Positions 17,821-25,365 of a DNA stretch of 25,365 nt are shown here, piece after piece. The stretch is from Armatimonadia bacterium. GTDB lineage: Bacteria > Armatimonadota > Zipacnadia > Zipacnadales > UBA11051. The stretch is from positions 1-25,365 of the forward strand of contig JBDKRC010000190.1 of NCBI GenBank assembly GCA_039683575.1, in the 5' to 3' direction. A program made the translations under genes and the position numbers. The notes under the pieces were generated by a model, which saw nothing but the letters and a program-made list of their open reading frames with translations, did not search any database and had not been told where the DNA came from. Position 1 is the stretch's first letter; every line of letters starts with the position of its first letter.

Positions 17821-19350
17821 ATGAGAGGGATTTCCGTCGAAGATAGTTCCCAAGCCCGTCCCCGCAAAGCCGCCTGGCTCCTGTTCCTGGCGCTATTGTT
17901 GCTCTATGCGTCGACTGGCCGGTATTTCATAGACAACATCGATGGCGAAACGATGTATCTGACCACCCGCGCGATCACGCACGGCCGGCTGTGGATCGCG
18001 CCGGAGATGACCGCGAAGCTGAACGTCTGGCCCGGCCTGGGCGGCCACAACTACAGCGTACACAGTGTGTTCATGTCAGTCGCCGGCCTGCCGCTGTACT
18101 ACCTGGGGCTGGCGGTCACGAAACTCGTGCCAGGGCTGCCGGAGGGGCTCATCCTGAGGGCCTTCTGGCTGCTGGGACCGATGCTATACACGGCGGCGAC
18201 GGGAGCCTGGCTGCTGCTATTGCTGGGGCGGATGGGCTTCGGCTTGCGGCGCAGTGCGGCGGTGGCAGCGGTCTATGGTCTGGCCACCATGGCCTTTCCA
18301 TATGCCCGCTATTCATTCAGTGAGCCACTCAGCGCGCTACTGACGTTGGGTGCGACGTGGTTCGCGTGGAGGGTATGGGAAGCCAGTGAGGGCAAGGATG
18401 CCAGCCGCGGATATGGAGCCGCAGCTTGGTGTGGGGTATTCCTGGGGATGGGGCTGTTGACGCGACACGCCAATGCTGTGATTGTGCCGCTCTACATGGT
18501 CTTCCTCCTGGTGGCGGGATGGCGGCGACGGGAGGAGAGCATCTGGGGCCGTTTGGCGCCCACTGCGGTGGCGGCGGCCACGTTCGCTATCGGACTGGCG
18601 GCGTGGATGTGGTACAACTACGCGCGATTTGGGCACATCCTGATGACAGGCTCGGAGACTCAGGACTTCGTTCAGATGCAGAAGCCGAACGCCCTGCGTG
18701 CCGCGGCGTTCCTGATCTTCAGTCCGGGCAAGGGCCTGTTCTTCTACTGCCCTGTGATGATTGCGGCGACGGCAGGCTTCGTGTGGCTATACAGGCGGCG
18801 GCCGCAGTTCACGCTGTTGCTTGGCTCTGTGATCGTCGTCCATACGCTGTTCTACGCGGCTTGGCCGTATTACCTGGGCGACTGGTGCTGGGGGCCACGG
18901 TTCCTCGTGGACCTCCTGCCGCTATGGATCATCCCGCTGGCTGCGGTACCCCTGACGCGCCGGAGCAAGCCTGTGGTGGCGGGCCTGGTGGGCCTGTCGC
19001 TGGCGGTGCAACTCCTGGCAGTGGGAGTCTTCTACATGCGCTACTTCGACCGCGTGGTCGAGGAGCATGGGCATGTGAACTGGGTCTACCAATCGCCGGA
19101 GCGGACGCCGCTTCTGGGGGCGCTGCAGACCGCGCGCGAGCTGCGTTGGTCACGGCTGGACCTGGGGCAAATACTGGCCGGGGCGGCGCGACCAGGCGAA
19201 GGGCTCAAGACTGAACTGCGAACTACATTGGACATCTGGCCGGCCTATGCCTGGCGGTTTGGACTGCCATGGGCGGTATGGCTGGTTTGGGCACTGCAGA
19301 TGGTGGTAGTGGGGTGGCTGCTTTGCAGACTGAGAGCAACCACGCGCTGA
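17821..19350 (+). CDS. Multi-pass membrane GT-C fold glycosyltransferase (PMT/ArnT-like, lipid-carrier dependent)
   Basis: Many hydrophobic segments, acidic loop DNIDGE after TM1, FSEP, YNYARFG, SPGKGLFFY, WGPRF motifs. Confidence 0.7.
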   Translation: MRGISVEDSSQARPRKAAWLLFLALLLLYASTGRYFIDNIDGETMYLTTRAITHGRLWIAPEMTAKLNVWPGLGGHNYSVHSVFMSVAGLPLYYLGLAVTKLVPGLPEGLILRAFWLLGPMLYTAATGAWLLLLLGRMGFGLRRSAAVAAVYGLATMAFPYARYSFSEPLSALLTLGATWFAWRVWEASEGKDASRGYGAAAWCGVFLGMGLLTRHANAVIVPLYMVFLLVAGWRRREESIWGRLAPTAVAAATFAIGLAAWMWYNYARFGHILMTGSETQDFVQMQKPNALRAAAFLIFSPGKGLFFYCPVMIAATAGFVWLYRRRPQFTLLLGSVIVVHTLFYAAWPYYLGDWCWGPRFLVDLLPLWIIPLAAVPLTRRSKPVVAGLVGLSLAVQLLAVGVFYMRYFDRVVEEHGHVNWVYQSPERTPLLGALQTARELRWSRLDLGQILAGAARPGEGLKTELRTTLDIWPAYAWRFGLPWAVWLVWALQMVVVGWLLCRLRATTR

Positions 19351-19409
19351 CCCTTCCCGTGCCTGACGTCTGGGGCGGTGCGATACAGTTTCGGCAAGGA
19401 GAGATCTCT

Positions 19410-20297
19410 GTGTTTATCGACATTCATGTTCACACGCGGTATTTCCCGGGGCCAGAGCGCCTTTGTGGTGGAACCTATGCCACCCCTGAGGAGCTCATGG
19501 CAATGCTGAAGCCCCATGGGGTGCAGAAGGCGGTTATCTTGCCCAGCGCCAACCCCGAATGCGCCTTCATCATCGGCGGCATGGGTGACGCGCTGGCAGT
19601 GGTGGAGAAGTACCCGGATTTCTTCATCCCCTTCATGAATGTAGATCCGCGGCAGGTTAGCAACTCCCCCGACGCAGACCTGACCCACGTCATGAAGTAC
19701 TACAAGGAGCGGGGCTGCAAGGGTATCGGCGAGGTCTGCGCCAACCTGCCGTTCGATGACTCCCTGATGGAGAACCTCTTCAAGCACGCGCAGGCCAACG
19801 CGCTGCCCCTGTTGTTCCACATGGCGCCCAAGCAGGGCGGGTACTATGGCATAGTGGATCATCTGGGCCTGCCCCTGCTGGAGGGGGCGCTACGCAAGTT
19901 TCCGGACCTCACCTTCATCGGACACTCGCAGCCATTCTGGGCGGAGATCAGCGGAGACCTCACCGAAGAAGTGCGAAACAGCTATCCGAAGGGCCCTGTA
20001 ACCGAGGGCGGGGCGGTCGTGAGGCTCTTCAGGGAGTACCCCAACCTCTATGGCGACCTCTCCCCCGCCGCCGGCAGCGGCTTCAATGCCATCAGCCGTG
20101 ACCGCGAGTTTGGCTTCGCGTTCATGGAGGAGTTCCAAGACCGCCTGCTGTTTGGGTCGGACATCTGCGACCCGCGCAACCAGTTGACCCTGATCGGGTA
20201 CCTGAACGACGCAGTGGCCAACGGTGACCTGAGCCGCGAGGCCTATGACAAGATCTGTTACAAGAACGCGGAGAAGGTGCTTGGGATCAAGCTATGA
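19410..20297 (+). CDS. Amidohydrolase_2-family metal-dependent hydrolase (copy 1)
   Basis: FIDIHVH, GIGE, LFH, IGH, LFGSD TIM-barrel motifs; GTG at 19410 after AAGGAG. Confidence 0.85.
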   Translation: MFIDIHVHTRYFPGPERLCGGTYATPEELMAMLKPHGVQKAVILPSANPECAFIIGGMGDALAVVEKYPDFFIPFMNVDPRQVSNSPDADLTHVMKYYKERGCKGIGEVCANLPFDDSLMENLFKHAQANALPLLFHMAPKQGGYYGIVDHLGLPLLEGALRKFPDLTFIGHSQPFWAEISGDLTEEVRNSYPKGPVTEGGAVVRLFREYPNLYGDLSPAAGSGFNAISRDREFGFAFMEEFQDRLLFGSDICDPRNQLTLIGYLNDAVANGDLSREAYDKICYKNAEKVLGIKL

Positions 20298-21190
20298 GCG
20301 AAACCTACTTCATCGACACGCATGTACATGTCCGGGACCACATCTCACCGGAGCGGCTGAGTGGCGGGACCTATCCCAGCCCGGAGTTGGCGATGGAGAT
20401 ACTCAAGCCGCTGGGCATCAAGCGTGCGGTCATTCTCCCAGGCGTCCACGGGGACGGAGTGCATGACATCCAGGGCAACGGGGAGATTCTGACCATCTGC
20501 GAGCGGTACCCGGATTTCTTCATCCCGTTCATGAATCTGGCCCCCTCGCAACTGCAGAACCTGCCGACCACCGACCTCGGCCACCTGATGCGCTTCTACA
20601 AAGCCCACGGGTGCAAAGGCATCGGCGAGATGTCCTGCAACGTGCCGCTCGATGACCCGATGCTCATGAACCTGTTCCACCACGCCGAGGAGAACGAGCT
20701 ACCGCTGCTGTTCCATCTGGGGCACCAGAAGGGCGGCTGCTACGGCCTGATAGACCGGCTGGGGCTGCCGCTTCTGGAGCAGGCACTGAAGAGCTTCCCA
20801 CGGCTGCAGTTCATCGGCCACTCGCAGCCCTTCTGGGCGGAGATCAGCGGGGATGTGACTGAAGAGCTGCGCCACGGCTATCCCACGGAGCCAGTAGCCC
20901 CCGGCGGCCAGCTGGTTGAGCTGTTCCGCACCTATCCCAACCTGTATGCCGACCTCTCCCCCGCCACCGGCGGCAGCGGCTTCAACGCCATCCGGCGCGA
21001 CCCCGAGTTCGGCTATGCCTTCATGGAAGAGTTCCAGGACCGGCTGCTCTTCGCGACGGATCTGGCAGGCCCCAGCATCGACATGAAGCTGGTGCCGTAC
21101 CTGGCAGAGGCGGCGGAGCAGGGGAAGATATCGCAGACAGCGTTTGAGAAGATCGCGCACCAGAACGCCGAGAGACTGCTGCGCCTGTAG
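20294..21190 (+). CDS. Amidohydrolase_2-family metal-dependent hydrolase (copy 2)
   Basis: FIDTHVH, GIGE, LFH, IGH, LFATD; ATGA overlap with copy 1; clear paralog. Confidence 0.85.
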   Translation: MSETYFIDTHVHVRDHISPERLSGGTYPSPELAMEILKPLGIKRAVILPGVHGDGVHDIQGNGEILTICERYPDFFIPFMNLAPSQLQNLPTTDLGHLMRFYKAHGCKGIGEMSCNVPLDDPMLMNLFHHAEENELPLLFHLGHQKGGCYGLIDRLGLPLLEQALKSFPRLQFIGHSQPFWAEISGDVTEELRHGYPTEPVAPGGQLVELFRTYPNLYADLSPATGGSGFNAIRRDPEFGYAFMEEFQDRLLFATDLAGPSIDMKLVPYLAEAAEQGKISQTAFEKIAHQNAERLLRL

Positions 21191-21197
21191 ATGACGC

Positions 21198-21222
21198 GTA
21201 GGTGGGTGCGTCTCGCACCCAC
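21198..21222 (+). repeat. GTAG-type REP-like palindrome
   Basis: GTAG-GTGGGTGCG-TCT-CGCACCCAC in the intergenic spacer. Confidence 0.5.
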
Positions 21223-21245
21223 AGCTGCCGCATGAGGTAACGGCG

Positions 21246-22301
21246 ATGACAACGCACGAGCGCATGACTCGCGTGTACAACCATGAGAACCCTGACCGGG
21301 TGCCCATGCACGACGGCCCCTGGGCCAGCACGCTCGAACGGTGGTACCGTGAAGGGCTGCCTGCGGGCGTCGGCCCCCGAGAGTTCTTCGGTTGGGACTT
21401 CCTCGCCGGCTTCGGCACCGACAACAGCCCCCGCTTCCCCCTCGAGACCGTCGAGGAGACCGAGGAATATCGCATCCACACTACCCACTGGGGCGTGACC
21501 ATGCGAAATTGGCGGCACCGGGGGAGTGTGCCGGAGTTCCTCGACTTCGCCATCACCCGCGAGACCTGGCCGGAGATCAAGGAGCGCATGACCCCCGACC
21601 CGGAGCGCGTGAACTGGAAGCTGCTCGAGCACAACTTCCACCTCTGGCGCGAGCAGGGCGCCTGGATCACCGGCGGGGCGTGGTTCGGCTATGACGTCAT
21701 GGCAAGCTGGGTCGTCGGCTATGACCGCACCCTCATCGCCATGGCGGACGATCCCGAATTTGTGCAGGACTTCATCAACACGTGCCTTGAACTGGACCTG
21801 GCGCTGCTCGGCATGGTCTGGGACAAGGGCTACCACTTCGACTGCGTTCGCTGGCCCGACGACATGGGATACCGCAACGGGCTACTTTTCTCCAAGGACA
21901 TGTACCGGCGGCTGATCAAGCCCGCGCAGAAGCGGATGATCGACTGGGCGCACGAGCGCGGCCTGAAGACCATGCTGCACTCCTGCGGCAACATCATGGA
22001 CCTGATCCCTGACCTCGTCGAGATCGGCCTCGACAGCCTCAACCCCCTCGAACAAAAGGCGGGCATGGACGCGCTCAAGCTCAAGCGCGAGTACGGCGAC
22101 AAGCTCGTCCTCGAAGGCGGCATTGACGTCCGCAACATGACCGACGGGGCAAGGATCGAAGAGGAAATCCGGACCAAGCTCGAGGTCCTCAAACAGAACG
22201 GCGGATACATCTTCCACAGCGACCATTCAGTGCCGGAGGATGTGAGCTTCGCGGACTTCTGTCGCGTTACCGAACTGGCCCGCTACTACGGCCGCTACTA
22301 G
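21246..22301 (+). CDS. Uroporphyrinogen decarboxylase-like (URO-D/MtaA-CmuA superfamily) protein
   Basis: MTTHERM..PDRVP N-terminus, PDDMG, HSCG, NPLE, GGID, GGYIFHSDHSVP. Lacks the HemE RQAGR motif, so not true HemE. Confidence 0.85.
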   Translation: MTTHERMTRVYNHENPDRVPMHDGPWASTLERWYREGLPAGVGPREFFGWDFLAGFGTDNSPRFPLETVEETEEYRIHTTHWGVTMRNWRHRGSVPEFLDFAITRETWPEIKERMTPDPERVNWKLLEHNFHLWREQGAWITGGAWFGYDVMASWVVGYDRTLIAMADDPEFVQDFINTCLELDLALLGMVWDKGYHFDCVRWPDDMGYRNGLLFSKDMYRRLIKPAQKRMIDWAHERGLKTMLHSCGNIMDLIPDLVEIGLDSLNPLEQKAGMDALKLKREYGDKLVLEGGIDVRNMTDGARIEEEIRTKLEVLKQNGGYIFHSDHSVPEDVSFADFCRVTELARYYGRY

Positions 22302-22305
22302 CCTC

Positions 22306-22396
22306 GCCGTGTGGAGCGCGGGCATCCCTGCCCGCGGCCGTCCGCCGCCCCGACGCCGTTGCCGTAGCCGTGTGGAGCGCGGGCATCCCTGCCCGC
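22306..22396. repeat. Two identical 30-bp direct repeats with internal palindrome (GGAG-type REP-like)
   Basis: GCCGTGTGGAGCGCGGGCATCCCTGCCCGC at 22306-22335 and 22367-22396; stem GCGGGCA-TCCC-TGCCCGC. Confidence 0.8.
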
Positions 22397-22435
22397 ACGC
22401 CGTTATCACCGATGAACTTCCGCCTCCTCACAGAC

Positions 22436-22475
22436 AGAGCAGCCGGAGCAAATCGCTCCGGCTGCTCTCTTTCTT
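22436..22475. terminator. Likely bidirectional terminator between convergent genes
   Basis: AGAGCAGCCGGAGC-AAATC-GCTCCGGCTGCTCT 14-bp stem followed by CTTTCTT. Confidence 0.7.
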
Positions 22476-22489
22476 GCCCCTAATCTCTT

Positions 22490-23044
22490 CTACTGCAACG
22501 CCTTGGCTATCTGCGGCTGCGCGTCTTCCCACTCTGATACCATGCCGGCAAAAGCGTTAAAGATGCTCTCGGCAGCGACACCCTCAGCGGCGACAAGGGT
22601 CCTCCACCTGCAGCCGACTTCATTGTCATAGTCTATGTAGAGGTGCGTGAAATTCTGCTCGTCGTTAAGCTTGTTCATCACCTCAAGCACGTCAGCCCGC
22701 TTTGCTTTCGGAACAGACATCTTGGGGAAGAGCTCAATTACAACCATGCGTTCCGTGAGTGTGCCCTGTGCGTCTAGGGCATGGGGCACGCACCAGATGC
22801 AGGCCCCGAAGTCCGGGACGTTCTCTGCATCTACTTCCATCGCAAGCGTCATGCCGCCCTTGCCGTCTTCGTCCGGGACGATGTCGAAATCCAAGTCATG
22901 TGCATCCTTCATGAACCTCGCAATCGCCTTCTCCATGTCACCTTCTTTTTGGGTGACCTGAAGCATCACAGGCGCGGCCACGGCGGCGACAGCAGCCAGA
23001 CACGTCATCGCGATCAGCAGACTACGGCAGAAGCTGGTCATCAC
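22490..23044 (-). CDS. Exported hypothetical protein with YbjN-like (type III chaperone-like fold) domain
   Basis: Signal peptide (…CLAAVAAVAAP), segment VLEVMNKLNDEQNFTHLYIDYDNEV resembling YbjN-family N-x-x-N...Y-I-D-x-D; AGGAGG RBS. Confidence 0.55.
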   Translation of the reverse strand: MMTSFCRSLLIAMTCLAAVAAVAAPVMLQVTQKEGDMEKAIARFMKDAHDLDFDIVPDEDGKGGMTLAMEVDAENVPDFGACIWCVPHALDAQGTLTERMVVIELFPKMSVPKAKRADVLEVMNKLNDEQNFTHLYIDYDNEVGCRWRTLVAAEGVAAESIFNAFAGMVSEWEDAQPQIAKALQ

Positions 23045-23080
23045 ACGCTCCTCCTGGTTGTGCCGCCATGGCGACGGGCT

Positions 23081-24130
23081 CTAGACGACCGGAACCTCGC
23101 GGCCCTCTTCCCCACTCTTGTAGATCGCGTCGAGAATGCGCTGGGTGATCAGGGCCTGCTCGCCGGGGACAGGCGAGGGCTTGCCATGCTTGATCGCATC
23201 GACGAACGCGCGTACTTCCTCGCGGTGACCGGCGGGATCGGGGTACTTGAAGATCTCGGGCAGCACGCGCTCGAGGGTACCCTTGCGCTCGGTGACCATG
23301 GCGAGAGGCTCATACTGGCAGCCACCCTTCTCGCCGCAGACGGTGATGTTCATCGGCGCGGTCGGGATGTTGAGGGCCCAACTGCACTCCAGGGAAATGG
23401 TGGCGCCGTTATTGAAGCGGATGAGGCTGCACGAGAAGTCATCCGGCACCGTGTACTGCTTGGGAGCGAAGGGCACCAGCGGGCTCTTCTTGCTGGCGAT
23501 CTTGTTGTACACGCCTGCCGAAACGCTCACCGGCTCCGGGAACCCCATGAGCCACAGCGCCAAGTCCAGCACGTGAACTCCGAGGTCGTAGATCGGGCCG
23601 CCTTGCGAGAGTTCTTTGCTGACAAATCCCAGGCGGGCAGGGATGCCACGGGTGCGCAGATATTGCGCCCGAGCCCAGTAGATATCGCCGATGTCGCCGT
23701 TGTCCACCCACTGCTTCATCATCGCGCCGGCTTTGAAGAAGCGCAGCGTCTGGCCGATCATGAGCAGCTTGCCGGCTTTTTTGCTGGCCGCAATCATCTT
23801 GCGGGCCTGGTCGGCGCTAACGGCGATAGGCTTCTCGCAGAGCACGTGGCAACCAGCCTTCAGGGCATCAATGGTGGGCTGGAAGTGCCAGGAGTTGGGG
23901 GTGCAGACGGACACGATGTCGAGATTCTCTTTAGCGAGCATGTCGTGGTAGTCGCTGTAGCAGTTCTTGACGTCCAGCGATGCGGCCAGCGCGCAGGCAT
24001 CGAGCGCGTCCCGCGAGACATCCGACGCCGCCACAATCTCGACCTCGTCCTTGAGCGCCTGGTAAGCAGGCAGGTGGGCGCCACGGCAGATGCCGCCGGC
24101 ACCGATGAAACCGACACGTAACTTGGACAT
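23081..24130 (-). CDS. Gfo/Idh/MocA family oxidoreductase
   Basis: RVGFIGAGGI Rossmann motif, VCTPN..H, HVLCEKP, GGPIYDLGVHVLD; GGAGG RBS before ATG 24130. Confidence 0.92.
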   Translation of the reverse strand: MSKLRVGFIGAGGICRGAHLPAYQALKDEVEIVAASDVSRDALDACALAASLDVKNCYSDYHDMLAKENLDIVSVCTPNSWHFQPTIDALKAGCHVLCEKPIAVSADQARKMIAASKKAGKLLMIGQTLRFFKAGAMMKQWVDNGDIGDIYWARAQYLRTRGIPARLGFVSKELSQGGPIYDLGVHVLDLALWLMGFPEPVSVSAGVYNKIASKKSPLVPFAPKQYTVPDDFSCSLIRFNNGATISLECSWALNIPTAPMNITVCGEKGGCQYEPLAMVTERKGTLERVLPEIFKYPDPAGHREEVRAFVDAIKHGKPSPVPGEQALITQRILDAIYKSGEEGREVPVV

Positions 24131-24240
24131 AGCGTTAGCCTCCGGAAAGAACACTTGTGTAGCAGACTGCCGAGCGGGACTTCCACCGACTGGTGTAGGT
24201 TCCGAGTCTCGGGGGAGAAGACCTTTGCGCGAGGAGGGTT

Positions 24241-25365
24241 CTACCTGGCGCGTCTCAGGTAGACAGTCTCCTGAGGGAAAGCGTAGAGCCAGTCCTGCGG
24301 CGGCTGCCAACCAAGCAGACCGCTTAGCGGCGCGCGCCGTTCAGAGACGATGGCCGGGAGGTAGTTGGTGCGCAGGAAGGCCATGAAAGCCTCTGCATTG
24401 GGGTTGCGCACTCGCAACGCATCCCGGATTTCGAAGTTCGACAGCGCAAACACGAAGGGCTGCTCGCGCTGAAGAGAGGCCGGATCAAGCCCCGTCACCA
24501 ACAGGGGGCGTACAGGCGCCTTGAACTGGCCCCAGAAGGGGTTGCCGCGGAGGGCCTGTCCGCCGTTGCAGCGATCAACCGGGGGAGCGTTGAACCATGG
24601 CTCCCAGGCGAGGCCCACGGGACGGTCAGGAGGGGCCACCTGTCTGATGGTGCGCAGCGCAACGTCGCGTGGATCCGGCTCCTGGCGCAGTGATTGCGCC
24701 ATCCACAGCGAGGTGCCAAGAGCGGCGACAAGGCAGGCGCCTGGCAAGAGTACGCCGATAAGGCGTACCTCAACGCGGCGCCGGTAGAGACTTGCGGGAG
24801 CGGCTGCGAGGAGCAGCGCAATGACCGGCAGGAGCGCGACTTCATAGCGGCCGTAACGAACGTTTGCCATTGAGATCATGGCGAACCAGCAGGCACCAAA
24901 CACCACTACTCCAAGCGCAGGCCGCCACAGGCGCCTAACCGTGATCCCGGCCAGGCCCATCAGTGCGATGAGCGCTCCGCCGCCGGTGACCAGGAACAGG
25001 CCCAGACTGTGGAACAGCCAGCCGTTGGGGTCGGCCGAGCGCGCGGGCTCCTCCCCAACCTGCATGTGCTGCATCTCGAAGAGAATATCCCGGCGGGCGC
25101 TATCCCAGTCGAGGAGGGTGTAGGGAGACGTCAGTATGAAGGCTGCGGCGGCCATGACGAGCATGGCCAGAGGCTGCACGGCGACGAGGCGCACGGTGCC
25201 CTCTTCGCCTTCCCGGCGCGCAACGAAATGAGCTATCAATGGCGCGATCAGCACGATCGCGCCATTGTACTTCGTGGAGGCGGCAAGTCCTGCGAACAGC
25301 CCCGCAAGCAGGTAGTCGCGGGTGAGGGGCCGCCGCCCGATCCTGACCGCGTAAAGCAACGCGAG
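24241..25365 (-). CDS. Membrane GT-C glycosyltransferase (family 39/ArnT-like), C-terminal part; 5' end outside the window
   Basis: Open frame to the window edge; AGLFAGLAASTKYNG, FILTSPY, RY..LLP motifs with multiple TM segments. Confidence 0.7.
   Translation of the reverse strand, partial: LALLYAVRIGRRPLTRDYLLAGLFAGLAASTKYNGAIVLIAPLIAHFVARREGEEGTVRLVAVQPLAMLVMAAAAFILTSPYTLLDWDSARRDILFEMQHMQVGEEPARSADPNGWLFHSLGLFLVTGGGALIALMGLAGITVRRLWRPALGVVVFGACWFAMISMANVRYGRYEVALLPVIALLLAAAPASLYRRRVEVRLIGVLLPGACLVAALGTSLWMAQSLRQEPDPRDVALRTIRQVAPPDRPVGLAWEPWFNAPPVDRCNGGQALRGNPFWGQFKAPVRPLLVTGLDPASLQREQPFVFALSNFEIRDALRVRNPNAEAFMAFLRTNYLPAIVSERRAPLSGLLGWQPPQDWLYAFPQETVYLRRAR

Noticed and set aside
22306-22396. 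30-bp repeat / 31-bp spacer / 30-bp repeat as a mini CRISPR array
   Set aside because: Only two units, no cas genes or AT-rich leader, low-complexity GCC-rich spacer; fits REP elements better.

Overview
High-GC bacterial window. The left half (1-12.9 kb, minus strand) is the core rpoB-rpoC then rpsL-rpsG-fusA-tuf(5' part) cluster. rpoB has its own promoter and no upstream rplJ/rplL. rpsL has a separate near-consensus sigma70 promoter and a ~350-nt structured leader ending in an intrinsic terminator. The RNA polymerase subunits carry several unusual insertions: two extra C4 zinc ribbons, a ~50-aa non-SBHM trigger-loop insert, a long acidic tract and an extra BBM2-like module. S12 deviates at normally near-invariant decoding-site residues (KDLNSVKY instead of KDLPGVRY). 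The right half holds envelope and metabolic genes: an outer-membrane beta-barrel, a HAD hydrolase, a SAM methyltransferase, a GT9 heptosyltransferase with RfaE domain II, two GT-C membrane glycosyltransferases, tandem amidohydrolases with a URO-D-like protein, a YbjN-like exported protein and a Gfo/Idh/MocA oxidoreductase, plus REP-like repeats. A Terrabacteria-type S12 insertion together with LPS/outer-membrane genes suggests a diderm Terrabacteria lineage such as Armatimonadota (inference, not verified). No tRNA, rRNA, CRISPR array or transposase was seen.
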